A stretch of DNA of 64,000 bases from Opitutales bacterium (GCA_040398005.1 JBBAUX010000003.1:46050-110049), one strand, 5' to 3'; positions 37,945-48,390 are shown, counted from the stretch's first letter. Notes: generated from the sequence alone by a model not told the origin. Numbers and translations are program-made.

Positions 37945-38507
37945 CGTAATTCGAAACGATACGTAGCGGTGGCCTCGGCGCTGACCGGCTGATGGTCGCG
38001 TTCGGCTGGATTAAACTGCGATGAACTCGCTGCCAACTCGGCCGCTTTATCCAAAACAGCCGAACCCGAGCTTTCTAAAATCTGCGTCGATTCCACTTTG
38101 CCCTGCGCTGAAATAAAAACTTTTACGACTACTTTACCTTGGCGACCTTCACTCAAAGCTTCCGCTGGATACTGAGGGCTCTCCCTAACTAAAAAAATCG
38201 GAGCAGTGTAAACAGATGATTGGGGACGCACCGCCGCCATCACGGCAGCATCCACAGGTAAACTAATTTTATTTTCTACTGAAGCTGAGTGCGCTGAAGA
38301 TAAATTTACGGCAGACTTTGAAATGGCCTGCGAATCCCTTGAAATGGGTTCCGCGTTTATTTCATTAACCAATGAAACGGTCACGAAATTTTCTGGCTGC
38401 TTACGTTGATTACCGAACACACCTTGATCACTCACCACCAAGCCAGCCATCAGCGCAAGATGCGTCGCTCCTACGATAATCCAAATGAAGCGATGGCGCG
38501 TCGACAT
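37941..38507 (-). CDS. TonB family protein
   Basis: N-terminal TM with His; P.YP..A...G.QG.VVV...I...G.V, SSG...LD.AA, F.PA. Confidence 0.88.
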   Translation of the reverse strand: MSTRHRFIWIIVGATHLALMAGLVVSDQGVFGNQRKQPENFVTVSLVNEINAEPISRDSQAISKSAVNLSSAHSASVENKISLPVDAAVMAAVRPQSSVYTAPIFLVRESPQYPAEALSEGRQGKVVVKVFISAQGKVESTQILESSGSAVLDKAAELAASSSQFNPAERDHQPVSAEATATYRFELR

Positions 38508-38561
38508 GCTCAATGGTTAAAGCGATGAACGGCGTAAGTCAGCCCAGAACCTTGTTCTTTT

Positions 38562-39038
38562 TTAATCGGGAATGACATACCAGAGTAATCTCCAGCGACC
38601 GTAAGGGTGTCCATCCGTCGGCAAACTTAATCTTTCTAGGGCCATCAATCCAGCCTTACGAAAACGCACCCCCTCTTCGCCCGCTCGTAATCCCAATAAC
38701 AAGCCCACCAACCCAGTGAGATGGGGATTATGACCAACCAAAAATCGAGGCTTGGTCGTTTTGGCTAACATCAGTGCCGTGCGGCGATAATTATCATCAG
38801 GCAAAATTCCCGATAATTTCTTAAGGGCGAGACGCGGGCCGGATTTTTTGAGCAACTGCGCGGTCTGGGTCGCGCGCAAATAAGGACTGTGCTCCACCAC
38901 CAAAGTTTCTTTCAAAACCTTCTGTAGATACTTTGCAGGCAATCCCTTCATTTGCTTATTTCCCTTGGATGACAGCGGACGATCCGCATCAATCTCTCCT
39001 GGCTCGGCATGGGCATGTCTTAGTAAAAATATTTTCAT
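38562..39038 (-). CDS. sixA: SixA-type phosphohistidine phosphatase
   Basis: From ATG 39038: LLRHAHA, DADRPLS.KG, SPYLRA.QTA, LVGHNP. Confidence 0.85.
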   Translation of the reverse strand: MKIFLLRHAHAEPGEIDADRPLSSKGNKQMKGLPAKYLQKVLKETLVVEHSPYLRATQTAQLLKKSGPRLALKKLSGILPDDNYRRTALMLAKTTKPRFLVGHNPHLTGLVGLLLGLRAGEEGVRFRKAGLMALERLSLPTDGHPYGRWRLLWYVIPD

Positions 39039-39096
39039 TAACAATTTATCAAGAATTGGTCTTGCCGAAAACTCCTGAGTCGCAAGCAATAAAACC

Positions 39097-40098
39097 GTGC
39101 ACCGACTCCTTGTCACGAGCCTCCTGTTTTTTTGTTTTAATACAGGATGGGCCGGTGAAGATAAATATTCGGAAGTCGGCGCCACCTTTGATGGCACCAT
39201 CTGCGTGGATGCCGATACGGGGATGGTTTTATCCGAATCCACCGCCGATCGCCTAGGCCACCCAGCCAGTGTCACCAAGTTAATGACGCTTCTTTTAATT
39301 TTGGAAGATGCCCGCGACCAGCAATTGAATCTCAACTCACTCGTTAAGATAAGTAAAGAGGCTGCCCAAACGGGCGGCTCGCAAGTTTGGTTAGCCGCCG
39401 ACGAAGAGTTCACCGTAAAAGATTTATTATATGCTTTAATGCTCCGTTCGGCCAACGATGCAGCCGTAGCCCTCGCACTCACCCGCGCACCGACCGTCAA
39501 AGAATTCGTCGAGCGAATGAATACTCGAGCTAAAGAATTGGGCATGGCGAACACTCGCTTCGTTTCTCCACACGGCCTCACCTATGGCGCGGGACCCCAT
39601 GACACCACCACCGCGCGTGACTTAGCCAAACTCTGCGTCCAGTTAACCACCCTGAAAGACGCTTTTACTTTTAGCTCCTGCAAAGAATTTAATTTTCGGC
39701 CGGGACTGAAATCCACTCAACTGACGAACCACAATCATCTGCTGGATTCCTATCCTGGCTGCGATGGATTTAAAACTGGTTGGACCATCGCAGCCAACGC
39801 CTCCATCGTCACCACCGCTCATAATAAAGACCACCGCGTCATCGCCGTGGTACTCGGTTGCGATAGCCCCAGCGGTGCCAAAATAGCCCAACGCGTGCGT
39901 GATCAGATTGCGGGTAAACTCATGACCAAGGGATTCGACAAACTGGCGGTTTATGACGCTGAAAAAGCGAAGCTTCTCACCCTCACTCATCGCGATGTTC
40001 CCAAGGGCAAAGTAGCCACTAAACCACCCCCCAAAAAGACCGATTCCGAGGAAAAAACAGAGGAAAAAGGCTGGTTAGAGGGTTTATTTACGTTCTAA
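39097..40098 (+). CDS. dacA: D-alanyl-D-alanine carboxypeptidase (peptidase S11)
   Basis: PASVTK (SxxK), SAN (SxN), KTG; signal peptide. Confidence 0.92.
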   Translation: MHRLLVTSLLFFCFNTGWAGEDKYSEVGATFDGTICVDADTGMVLSESTADRLGHPASVTKLMTLLLILEDARDQQLNLNSLVKISKEAAQTGGSQVWLAADEEFTVKDLLYALMLRSANDAAVALALTRAPTVKEFVERMNTRAKELGMANTRFVSPHGLTYGAGPHDTTTARDLAKLCVQLTTLKDAFTFSSCKEFNFRPGLKSTQLTNHNHLLDSYPGCDGFKTGWTIAANASIVTTAHNKDHRVIAVVLGCDSPSGAKIAQRVRDQIAGKLMTKGFDKLAVYDAEKAKLLTLTHRDVPKGKVATKPPPKKTDSEEKTEEKGWLEGLFTF

Positions 40099-40128
40099 CC
40101 CCAGATTTGCCTAGGTAAAATAATATAG

Positions 40129-40142
40129 TGAACAAATGTTCA
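40129..40142. promoter_or_regulatory. Putative LexA (SOS) box TGAAC-AAAT-GTTCA
   Basis: 14-bp palindrome 55 nt upstream of the recA ATG. Confidence 0.7.
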
Positions 40143-40197
40143 TTTTTACTTGCCATCCTCTAAAATAGTCTCACCGTACCCCAATCTAATTAACCCT

Positions 40198-41274
40198 ATG
40201 TCTACTACTAAGACCGACTCCACCGCCAAAGAAAAAGCGGCCGTTCAATCCTCAGAGCGCAAGACCCTCGATCTCGCCCTCTCAGCTATCAACAAACAGT
40301 ACGGCGACGGCACCCTCATGCGCATGGGCGACGCCACCAAGATGCAAGTATCAACGGTGTCGACTGGCTCAGTAGCCATCGACCTTGCCCTCGGCGTAGG
40401 CGGACTACCCCGCGGTCGTATCATCGAAATCTTCGGACCTGAGTCTTCCGGTAAAACCACCCTCTGTCTTTCCATCATCGCCGAAGTCCAACGCCAAGGC
40501 GGCAACGCCGTCTTCGTCGACGTCGAACACGCTCTCGATCCACGTTACTCAAAAGTGGTCGGCGTCGATCTCGATAATCTTTTAGTGTCCCAGCCTGAAT
40601 CCGGTGAAGACGCTCTTAACATCGCCGAAACATTAATTCGTTCAGGTGCGGTGGATGTAATCGTCATCGACTCCGTCGCTGCCCTTGTTTCAAAACAAGA
40701 ATTAGACGGTCAGATGGGCGATTCAACCATCGGCGTACAAGCCCGCATGATGAGCCAAGCGATGCGCCGCCTCACCGCTGCCATCAGCCGTACTAATTGC
40801 GTCGTTATTTTTACTAACCAAATTCGCGAAAAAATCGGAGTGATGTTCGGTAGCCCAGAAACCACTCCAGGTGGTCGCGCTCTTAAATTCTTCTCTTCCA
40901 TTCGAATCGACATTCGTCGGATTGGACAAATCAAAGAGCCCACCGGTAAAGTAATCGGCAATCGTACCAAAGTTAAAGTCGTTAAAAATAAAGTCGCTCC
41001 TCCATTCACCGAGTGTGAGTTCGACATCATGTACAACGAAGGCATCTCCCGCACGGGTTCGGTTTTAGATCTCGGTATCGAACACAAGATTCTCGAGAAG
41101 AAAGGAGCGTGGATCGCTTATAATGGTCAGCTCATCGGCCAAGGCCGCGAAGCCGCGAAAGACCACCTCGCGAAAAATCCCAAAGTTCTCGAAGAGTTAC
41201 AAAAAATCATTCTCGAGAAAGTTCAAGTCGTGGGCGGGATGACCTTAGGTGCCAGCGAAAGTACCCCAGAGTAA
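40198..41274 (+). CDS. recA: Recombinase A
   Basis: [49 protein letters not shown]. Confidence 0.99.
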   Translation: MSTTKTDSTAKEKAAVQSSERKTLDLALSAINKQYGDGTLMRMGDATKMQVSTVSTGSVAIDLALGVGGLPRGRIIEIFGPESSGKTTLCLSIIAEVQRQGGNAVFVDVEHALDPRYSKVVGVDLDNLLVSQPESGEDALNIAETLIRSGAVDVIVIDSVAALVSKQELDGQMGDSTIGVQARMMSQAMRRLTAAISRTNCVVIFTNQIREKIGVMFGSPETTPGGRALKFFSSIRIDIRRIGQIKEPTGKVIGNRTKVKVVKNKVAPPFTECEFDIMYNEGISRTGSVLDLGIEHKILEKKGAWIAYNGQLIGQGREAAKDHLAKNPKVLEELQKIILEKVQVVGGMTLGASESTPE

Positions 41275-41299
41275 TTTATCGTTGTTGGCTGCCATAGCC

Positions 41300-41331
41300 C
41301 GGGCCGTACGCAAGTACGGCCCGTTTCATTT
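41300..41331 (+). terminator. Terminator after recA
   Basis: CGGGCCGTAC-GCAA-GTACGGCCCG followed by TTTCATTT. Confidence 0.8.
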
Positions 41332-41378
41332 AACGAGTGAGTCGACTTGCAATTTCCAAAAATTTGTGGACGTTATAA

Positions 41379-41540
41379 CTCCCCTGCAGTGTTCGACACC
41401 CGCGGCAGCCTCCGTACCCTACGAACATAATATACGGGAGGTGTAACCCGACCGGCCTCGTCCGAGCCGTGGCAATGTACCGCCCACCTAAATCCAGGAT
41501 CAACTGGAGCTCCAATCGGAATCGGCACAGGCGGGGGATC
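41379..41540 (+). ncRNA. ssrS: Probable 6S RNA
   Basis: ~160-nt intergenic element; 5' CTCCCCTGCAGTGTTCGA pairs with 3' TCGGCACAGGCGGGGGA; has 6S-like segments (TGTTCG near 5' end, CCCACCT..ATCCAGGATCAA, CGGCAC near 3' end); TTGCAA promoter-like hexamer upstream. Confidence 0.75.
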
Positions 41541-41544
41541 CTTT

Positions 41545-42225
41545 TTAAATCAGTCCAGCTTCACCAAAACTAAACCAGCCCTTCCCAATAGGGTCTGATT
41601 CCGGACGGCCAATAATCACGTGGTCGAGAAGTTCGACTCCAATCACCCTACCCGCTTCCACCAGTTGTCGTGTGACCGCTCGGTCAGCCGAACTGGGTGA
41701 TGGATCTCCACTCGGATGATTATGTGCCACAATCGCAGCGGGGGCACCGTAGCGCAAAGCCTGACGAAACACTTCGCGTGGATGAAGCAATGAACTGGTC
41801 GCTGTACCTGAGCTAACTTCTTGAATCGTGATTAATCGGTTGCGCCGATTTAGACAAAGTACCCAACATTTTTCGACCGAGAGACTCGATGATAATGGCT
41901 CAAGCCTCGTCCAGACTTTTATCGGCGTATCTAATTTATCTCCTGGATCGTGATCGCGCTCACGAATGCGCCGAGCCAACTCCATGGCTGCGGCTAGTTC
42001 GGCGGCCTTCGCTGGACCCAGTCCATGCACGCGCTCGAAGTCCGATGTCTCCCATCGCGCCATTTCCGCCAAACTTCCCGCTTGTTCAATCAAGGCATGC
42101 GAAACCTGTTGAGCGGAGAAGCCACGCGAGCCTGCGCCGATTAATAATTCAAATAATTCCGCATCCATAAGTGCACGCGGACCCAGCCGGGTCAGTCTCT
42201 CACGCGGACGATCTTCGGAAATCAT
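41545..42225 (-). CDS. radC: RadC family JAB-domain protein
   Basis: RPRERL, L.D.EL, GLGPAKA, HPREVF, AHNHPSGDPSPS.AD, LLDHVIIG. Confidence 0.95.
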   Translation of the reverse strand: MISEDRPRERLTRLGPRALMDAELFELLIGAGSRGFSAQQVSHALIEQAGSLAEMARWETSDFERVHGLGPAKAAELAAAMELARRIRERDHDPGDKLDTPIKVWTRLEPLSSSLSVEKCWVLCLNRRNRLITIQEVSSGTATSSLLHPREVFRQALRYGAPAAIVAHNHPSGDPSPSSADRAVTRQLVEAGRVIGVELLDHVIIGRPESDPIGKGWFSFGEAGLI

Positions 42226-42279
42226 CGAGTGATGAAAAAACTTTGCCCGATTAAATCAATTGCACAAAGACCCTAGTGA

Positions 42280-42930
42280 TTACTTCTTAGCGTGGTAACG
42301 TGCTAAAACCTTACCGTAGGCCGGCGTAAGACTTTCGAGTGAATCCACATTCATCCCCAGATCTTTAATCAGGCCATCACGTAGACCATAAATCCATCCA
42401 TGGACTTGTAATTTTTGTCCACGTGCCCAGGCACCCTGAACAATACTCGTCTGACAAATATTTAAAGTCTGCTCGACCACGTTAAGCTCACACAGCGTAT
42501 CTAACTTAAGTGGCTCTAGAACACTTTCCACCGCTAGAACGTGTTTATGGTGCACGTCGCGAATGTGACGTAACCAATTATCAATGAGTCCTAATTTCCG
42601 TCTCTCGAGGGCAGCTTGCACCCCACCGCAGCCGTAGTGACCACAAACAATAATATGCTCAACCTTAAGAACTTCGACCGCGTATTGCACCACCGACAAA
42701 CAGTTTAAGTCGGAATGCACAACGACATTGGCGACATTACGGTGCACAAATAATTCACCAGGAAGTAGTCCGACAATTTCATTGGCAGGAACACGACTAT
42801 CAGAACAACCAATCCAAAGGTACCTCGGACTCTGCTGCTTAGAAAGAATTTCGAAAAACTCAGGCTGCTTGCGTCGAATTTCTTCTGACCAGTTTTTGTT
42901 TTGGATGAACAAATTTTTGATTTCAGCCAT
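42280..42930 (-). CDS. can: Beta-class carbonic anhydrase
   Basis: IGCSDSRVP, FVHRNVAN, CGHYGCGG. Confidence 0.96.
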   Translation of the reverse strand: MAEIKNLFIQNKNWSEEIRRKQPEFFEILSKQQSPRYLWIGCSDSRVPANEIVGLLPGELFVHRNVANVVVHSDLNCLSVVQYAVEVLKVEHIIVCGHYGCGGVQAALERRKLGLIDNWLRHIRDVHHKHVLAVESVLEPLKLDTLCELNVVEQTLNICQTSIVQGAWARGQKLQVHGWIYGLRDGLIKDLGMNVDSLESLTPAYGKVLARYHAKK

Positions 42931-43097
42931 AACAATGAATTGGTCTTGAAGGGGTCACCTGGCAAATAAATTTCCTTTTCGAACAAGGAGTGCCAATAGG
43001 AGGCCTAATAGGCCATTTCTCCAGGCCCCACAGGTTATTATTTGTTTTTGTCCAGACACCGCGTGAAACCTACGCTACACTTAGGTGTTATACTATT

Positions 43098-43637
43098 ATG
43101 AACTTGTTCGTCCTAACCATCTTTATTGCCGCCGCCGCAACCGACCCAGCTGCGCCCACTACGCCGCCGGTCAAAAAGAACCCTAAGAGCACCGCCACGA
43201 TTGTCGCCGATCCCAACGCAAATCCAGATACTGCGGTCGCTGTTCCTAAATCCAAAAAAACCAAAGCGACCAACGAATCACCGGTCTTGGCAGAGAATGC
43301 GGACCCAGCGTCCATTGTCGGCACTTCGATTGATGCCGCTACACAGATTGCCAACGATGCCGCTAAAGCCGCCCTCGAAGAAATTGCTAAATTATCAGCC
43401 ATCGGAACCGACACTGATAAATCCACTTCCGCAGGGTCAGTCATCAATGCACAAACCGTGGGCGCCGTGGCCGACGGAGCTGTCGCAGTAGCCAAAGAAA
43501 TTAAAAAGCCCAAAGCGAAGAAGCCCGCTGAAGATGCGGGCACAACCGACGAAGCAGCACCGAAGCCGGTTAAGAAATCTAAGGCGAGTAATTCCGACGG
43601 CACCACTCCGACCGATAGTCCTACTAAGAAAAACTAA
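43098..43637 (+). CDS. Secreted low-complexity Ala/Thr/Lys/Asp-rich protein
   Basis: From ATG 43098: signal peptide MNLFVLTIFIAAAA, then recurrent KKxKA blocks. Confidence 0.6.
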   Translation: MNLFVLTIFIAAAATDPAAPTTPPVKKNPKSTATIVADPNANPDTAVAVPKSKKTKATNESPVLAENADPASIVGTSIDAATQIANDAAKAALEEIAKLSAIGTDTDKSTSAGSVINAQTVGAVADGAVAVAKEIKKPKAKKPAEDAGTTDEAAPKPVKKSKASNSDGTTPTDSPTKKN

Positions 43638-43641
43638 GCGG

Positions 43642-46167
43642 TTACTTGCCTAGAATTTCGCGTGGGCTGGAACCGTTTTCGGGTCCCACATATCCGCGGT
43701 CGTGCAAGATATCCATAATACGGGCGGCTCGATTGTATCCGAGTTTAAGGCGACGCTGTAACATGGAAACGGAGGCGCGCTGATTTTCTTTAATGATCGA
43801 CCAGGCTTGAGCGACCATCGGGTCGTCCCCCTCTTCGCCATCCCCATCGCCACCCTCAAAGTCTTCGCTCGAGCCCTTCTCAATCGCATCCACGACCTCT
43901 TGAGCAAACTCAGGCGATCCGTTCTTCTCATTAATATAATCAATAATTGCGGACACTTCCTGCTCGCCGACGTAAGCACCTTGGACGCGACTTAAAGAAG
44001 CACTTCCCGGGGGAACAAAAAGCATGTCACCGCGACCGACTAAAGTTTCTGCACCGCTCCGATCCAAAATGGTTCGTGAGTCAATGTAAGACGCAACCTT
44101 GAAACCAATCCGCGTTGGTAAGTTCGCTTTAATTAATCCCGTAATCACATCTGTCGAAGGACGCTGGGTCGCCAAGACTAAGTGAATACCAGCGGCACGA
44201 GCTAACTGGGCTAAGCGCGCAATCGAAGTCTCTACTTCTTTCGCTGCCGCCATCATCAAGTCGGCCATCTCATCAATAATACAAACAATATAAGGTAATT
44301 TGGTCGTTGGTATTGCAATGCCATCATCAATTACCGACTCAGCCGCTTCGCGGGCCGCCGCTTGTTCATCGGCACTCAGCGGTAGTTCTTCTTGTTTAGG
44401 AACACCCGCTTCTTTTTTAATTTTAGCGTTAAAGCCGGTGATGTTTTTCACGCCGCACTTTGCAAAAATTTTGTAGCGGCGTTGCATTTCACCAATCAAC
44501 CACTTGAGCGCCGCAGGCACTCGACGTGGATCAGTTTCTACCGGAATTAAAAGGTGGGGCAGTTTAGAATAGACCTGGAGCTCAACCACTTTGGGGTCTA
44601 CCATTATAAATCTCAAATCCTCAGGTGTACAGCGGTACAACATGGATATGATAAATGAATTGATACAAACCGACTTACCTTGACCGGTCGCACCAGCGAT
44701 TAAGCAGTGCGGCATCTTAGCCAAATCCTGGATCACCGGTTTATTAGTCACACTATCTACGCCTAAGACCACGGGGATTTCCATCGTCGATTCCGTCCAG
44801 GCCTTCGACTGAATAATTTCGCGCAGTAAAACGTCCTTGCGGTGGAGATTGGGGATTTCAATTCCCACCGTGCCTCGACCTGGAACCGGTGCTAAAATTC
44901 GAACAGACTCCGCCGATAAATTCATCGCGATATTATTCGAGAGATTAGAAATCTTCTCTACGCGTACCCCGGGAGCAGGTTTAATTTCGTAGCGGGTGAT
45001 TGATGGACCTTGTTGAATGCCAACATCGATGCCCGCTTCGGGGTCCACCGGTACCACCGAAACTTTAAACTGCATCAGGGTCTCAATCAAATCACTGGCT
45101 CGCTTTTTAAAATCTTCGACCGGTATTTCCTTATCAACCACAGGTTCATTGAGCAGACTGATAGTCGGGAAAGTGTAATCGCCTTTTTTCTTCAGCTGAG
45201 CCGAAGCATTAGCCTTCTCGATTTTATCGGTTCTGGTTACGGCAAATTTTTGAGTACCAAAAGTGGTTAAGATGGGAGTTGGAATTCTGGGAGTAAGTAT
45301 TGGTGTTTCGACTGTCGGATTAGTTAAGCCTGGAGTGATTTTTACATCATCCCTTGTGACCACAGCGACCGCTGGAACCTCTTCAGCCTTTTCAACTTTT
45401 TTGGGTTCAAGCGCGACTACCACTGGCGCAGCAATCTCAACATTCTTAATTTCCATTTGTTTGCGACGCAGTTCCGCAACGCGCTCCGCTCTTTGTTTAC
45501 GCTCTAAGGCTTCGCGTTTTGCAGCCTCTTTGCGCTCCGCATTCCAAGCGCCAAACATATCTCTTAGTTCCGAAAGCCACGCCGATAAAGTCGCCTTAGG
45601 ATCATCCGCTAAAACTCCCAACAAACAAAACCCGTAAGGGAAAATCAGAATCCAGGCACCATAGTCTCCTAATACGGGTTGGCAGAGTTGCGTGTATAAA
45701 AATTCACCCGTGACGCCACCCGCTCCACTCGAATCAAAAGCGCCCGAGCTAGGCCCACCCAGGCTCATCGTAACCACCGGCGCACCTAAGATAATACAGG
45801 CCAGCATTAACGATGTTTTTGTTGGCCACAAAGTGTGAGCTCGGTGATTCAAAGAAAACCAAGCAGCCGCGAATAAAAACGTGGGGATTAAAAAAGCTGT
45901 ATAACCAAATAAACTAAATAAAATCACGGCGACCGTCGCCCCGAACAGCCCACAAGGATTATGCTCCGTCGCGACATCCGAAGAGGCCTGCAATTGAAAC
46001 TTAGTTTCTATCCACTGCGGAAATAAGGTTTGATCGCTTTTACTGTGAAAGACCATTGCCACCAAAATAAACGTACCGATTAAGCCCAAAATAACGGCCA
46101 GCACGGGATGACTTTCACTGGCGGGTTTAGCTAAACTGGCTGAACGCTTACGAGCGGGTGCTGGCAT
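43642..46167 (-). CDS. ftsK: DNA translocase FtsK
   Basis: 4-TM N-domain, PHCLIAGATGQGKS, IIDEMADLM, ATQRPS.DVI, gamma domain SVSMLQRRLKLGYNRAAR. Confidence 0.97.
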   Translation of the reverse strand: MPAPARKRSASLAKPASESHPVLAVILGLIGTFILVAMVFHSKSDQTLFPQWIETKFQLQASSDVATEHNPCGLFGATVAVILFSLFGYTAFLIPTFLFAAAWFSLNHRAHTLWPTKTSLMLACIILGAPVVTMSLGGPSSGAFDSSGAGGVTGEFLYTQLCQPVLGDYGAWILIFPYGFCLLGVLADDPKATLSAWLSELRDMFGAWNAERKEAAKREALERKQRAERVAELRRKQMEIKNVEIAAPVVVALEPKKVEKAEEVPAVAVVTRDDVKITPGLTNPTVETPILTPRIPTPILTTFGTQKFAVTRTDKIEKANASAQLKKKGDYTFPTISLLNEPVVDKEIPVEDFKKRASDLIETLMQFKVSVVPVDPEAGIDVGIQQGPSITRYEIKPAPGVRVEKISNLSNNIAMNLSAESVRILAPVPGRGTVGIEIPNLHRKDVLLREIIQSKAWTESTMEIPVVLGVDSVTNKPVIQDLAKMPHCLIAGATGQGKSVCINSFIISMLYRCTPEDLRFIMVDPKVVELQVYSKLPHLLIPVETDPRRVPAALKWLIGEMQRRYKIFAKCGVKNITGFNAKIKKEAGVPKQEELPLSADEQAAAREAAESVIDDGIAIPTTKLPYIVCIIDEMADLMMAAAKEVETSIARLAQLARAAGIHLVLATQRPSTDVITGLIKANLPTRIGFKVASYIDSRTILDRSGAETLVGRGDMLFVPPGSASLSRVQGAYVGEQEVSAIIDYINEKNGSPEFAQEVVDAIEKGSSEDFEGGDGDGEEGDDPMVAQAWSIIKENQRASVSMLQRRLKLGYNRAARIMDILHDRGYVGPENGSSPREILGK

Positions 46168-46175
46168 AAAATAGT

Positions 46176-47198
46176 TTATTCAAAAAGATTACCTTGGGCA
46201 GTCGTGTCCTGACGTGGCAAAACGGGATCGGTCGAGAGGTGACGTGGCGGTCTCGTTACGCGCGCCGCTAAAACGCGTGAGCGTTCTTGCGCCAAGCGTT
46301 CAACTGATGTGGTCAGAGCATGACGAATCCACTTAGGGGTAAAACCATTCGCAGAATAATCGCACGGACCATAACCATGCACCCGACCCGATTGTAAGAG
46401 CGCGTCATTCTGCGCAAATTCAGCCTGATTTTCCTCAACATAAACCGCAAAAGCTTTGCCACCATTTTTACGGAGCAGCGAAAAGGCGGGGACGTCGCTC
46501 GGGCCATCAGCAATATAAATCATATTAGCGAACGGGACCCGACGATCTTCTGGGTGCACCACGGCATTCACATCAATCGTGCTGTCTTTATTAGATCCTT
46601 TATTAACCTCAAAAATGTAGCGGGTCTTAATGGTGTTATCGACCATCGCCGCCACTTGGGTGATTTCCGAGGGCAACTGTAAATTCAGTTCATCCTGCTT
46701 CGTGAAATGCGGAGGCAAGGGTTCTTCTAAAAACTCACAGCCGTAAATTCCATCACAGTATTGCGCTAACTTAGTTCCGCGAATCATCTCCGCTAAGCCT
46801 GTGCTGACAATGTAATGCTCGAGGGTAACCTCGAGGTTATGTTTTTTTCCGAGCTCAATCACCATCTCTTTAAGCGCTGGAAAAAATTCGGGGAGTCCGT
46901 TGCAGAGTTCAATATCGGCACCCAATTCGCGCAGGCGATTATTGGTTAGTCCCTTGAGAGGACCCGACTTCACATAACTCAGTAAGTGATTTAAATAAAC
47001 GGAATCTTTTGAAGTACGAATTCCCTTCTGCAAATAAAGTGCCGGTAATAAATTTGTTTCGCGCCAAAACTGATCTTCATCTACCCCAAAGGCGCGGAAG
47101 AGAGGGGTCTGCATGTACCCGGGACAAAGAGTTTTATCAAAATCCCAAATACAAGTGAGAACGTGACTACCCCGAAGGGCCGATTCCTTTAATGACAT
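46176..47198 (-). CDS. HAD-superfamily hydrolase
   Basis: Motif I WDFDKTL, motif II IVSTG, motif IV YIADGPSD; 8 nt upstream of ftsK. Confidence 0.85.
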   Translation of the reverse strand: MSLKESALRGSHVLTCIWDFDKTLCPGYMQTPLFRAFGVDEDQFWRETNLLPALYLQKGIRTSKDSVYLNHLLSYVKSGPLKGLTNNRLRELGADIELCNGLPEFFPALKEMVIELGKKHNLEVTLEHYIVSTGLAEMIRGTKLAQYCDGIYGCEFLEEPLPPHFTKQDELNLQLPSEITQVAAMVDNTIKTRYIFEVNKGSNKDSTIDVNAVVHPEDRRVPFANMIYIADGPSDVPAFSLLRKNGGKAFAVYVEENQAEFAQNDALLQSGRVHGYGPCDYSANGFTPKWIRHALTTSVERLAQERSRVLAARVTRPPRHLSTDPVLPRQDTTAQGNLFE

Positions 47199-47298
47199 AT
47201 ATTTAAAGTGGGTTAATGGTAAGGGCTTGCGGTGTGAGTCAACAACCCTCCATTAAATAACCTACGAATGGGCTATCTCCAAGCCCGAACCCGACCCA

Positions 47299-48390
47299 AT
47301 GGCCGAAATACCACTTAGACCCGACCTTTCCAGCCTCCGCCAGCGCCTAACTGAGCTGGAGGGGTTCATGGCCGACCCTGCTACCTTTGGTGATAGCCGA
47401 AAAGCCGCAGCCCTCGGGGCCGAACTGCGTTTTACGTCCAAAGCAGTCAAAGCCGACGACGCGCTGACCGCCCTCGAAAAAGAATTGGCAGAATCCATCG
47501 CACTGCAAAAAGAGTCAGACCAAGAAATTCGCAAAATGGCGGAGGAAGAAATTTTACGTCTCACGCCCGCCGTCGAAGCTGCTCGAGTCACTTTAATTCG
47601 TTCGATACTTCCGCCCAATCCGGATGACTCCCGAAATGCCATGGTTGAAATTCGTGCAGGTACCGGCGGCGAAGAAGCTTCGCTGTTCGCTTCCGAACTT
47701 TTACGAGCCTACACTCGCTTTGCCGAAAAAAAGGGTTGGAAGTACGAACTACTTTCCCTCTCACACAGTGATTTGGGTGGAGTTCGCGAAGCCGTGCTTT
47801 TAATTGAGGGCGAAGGCGCCACCGCCCTGCTGCGCCATGAAGCGGGCGTGCATCGCGTTCAACGCGTACCTGCAACGGAAGGTTCCGGACGTGTTCATAC
47901 ATCCGCTGCGACCGTGGCTGTTTTACCCGAAGCGGAAGAGGCTGAAGTAGTTTTAAGACCTGAAGACTTAGATATGACTGTGGCTCGAGCCAGTGGAGCG
48001 GGCGGACAGCACGTGAATAAAACTGAGTCAGCCGTGCAAATTATTCACAAGCCCTCGGGGTTAATGGTTTACTGCGCCGACGAACGTTCCCAATTACGCA
48101 ATCGTCAAAAAGCCCTCCGCGTTTTACGTTCGCGCCTGCTTGATTTAACGCGAGCCAAGGAGCGCGAACTTCGGGCCGACACCCGCAAAAATATGATTGG
48201 ATCGGGCGATCGTTCCGAGCGCATTCGCACTTATAACTTTCCCCAAAATCGCATTACCGATCACCGGATTGATTTAACGGTTCATGGTATCGAACAAGTT
48301 TTGGCAGGCGATCTCGATGAACTCGTCGAAGCACTGTATGAAGCCGACTTAAAAACTCGAGCCGAAGCGATTACTCGCTCTTCAACTTAA
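47299..48390 (+). CDS. prfA: Peptide chain release factor 1
   Basis: EIRAGTGGEEA, HRVQRVPAT (PxT), GAGGQHVN, RTYNFPQ.R.TDHR. Confidence 0.97.
   Translation: MAEIPLRPDLSSLRQRLTELEGFMADPATFGDSRKAAALGAELRFTSKAVKADDALTALEKELAESIALQKESDQEIRKMAEEEILRLTPAVEAARVTLIRSILPPNPDDSRNAMVEIRAGTGGEEASLFASELLRAYTRFAEKKGWKYELLSLSHSDLGGVREAVLLIEGEGATALLRHEAGVHRVQRVPATEGSGRVHTSAATVAVLPEAEEAEVVLRPEDLDMTVARASGAGGQHVNKTESAVQIIHKPSGLMVYCADERSQLRNRQKALRVLRSRLLDLTRAKERELRADTRKNMIGSGDRSERIRTYNFPQNRITDHRIDLTVHGIEQVLAGDLDELVEALYEADLKTRAEAITRSST

Noticed and set aside
39039..39581. N-terminal extension of the 339-aa minus ORF
   Set aside because: Antisense to dacA; the SixA domain begins at ATG 39038
41330..41515. Short ORFs between recA and radC
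   Set aside because: No protein features; the region is better explained by a terminator plus structured RNA
43088..43606. 172-aa hydrophobic minus-strand ORF
   Set aside because: Mirror of the low-complexity plus-strand gene, which has an ATG and a signal peptide
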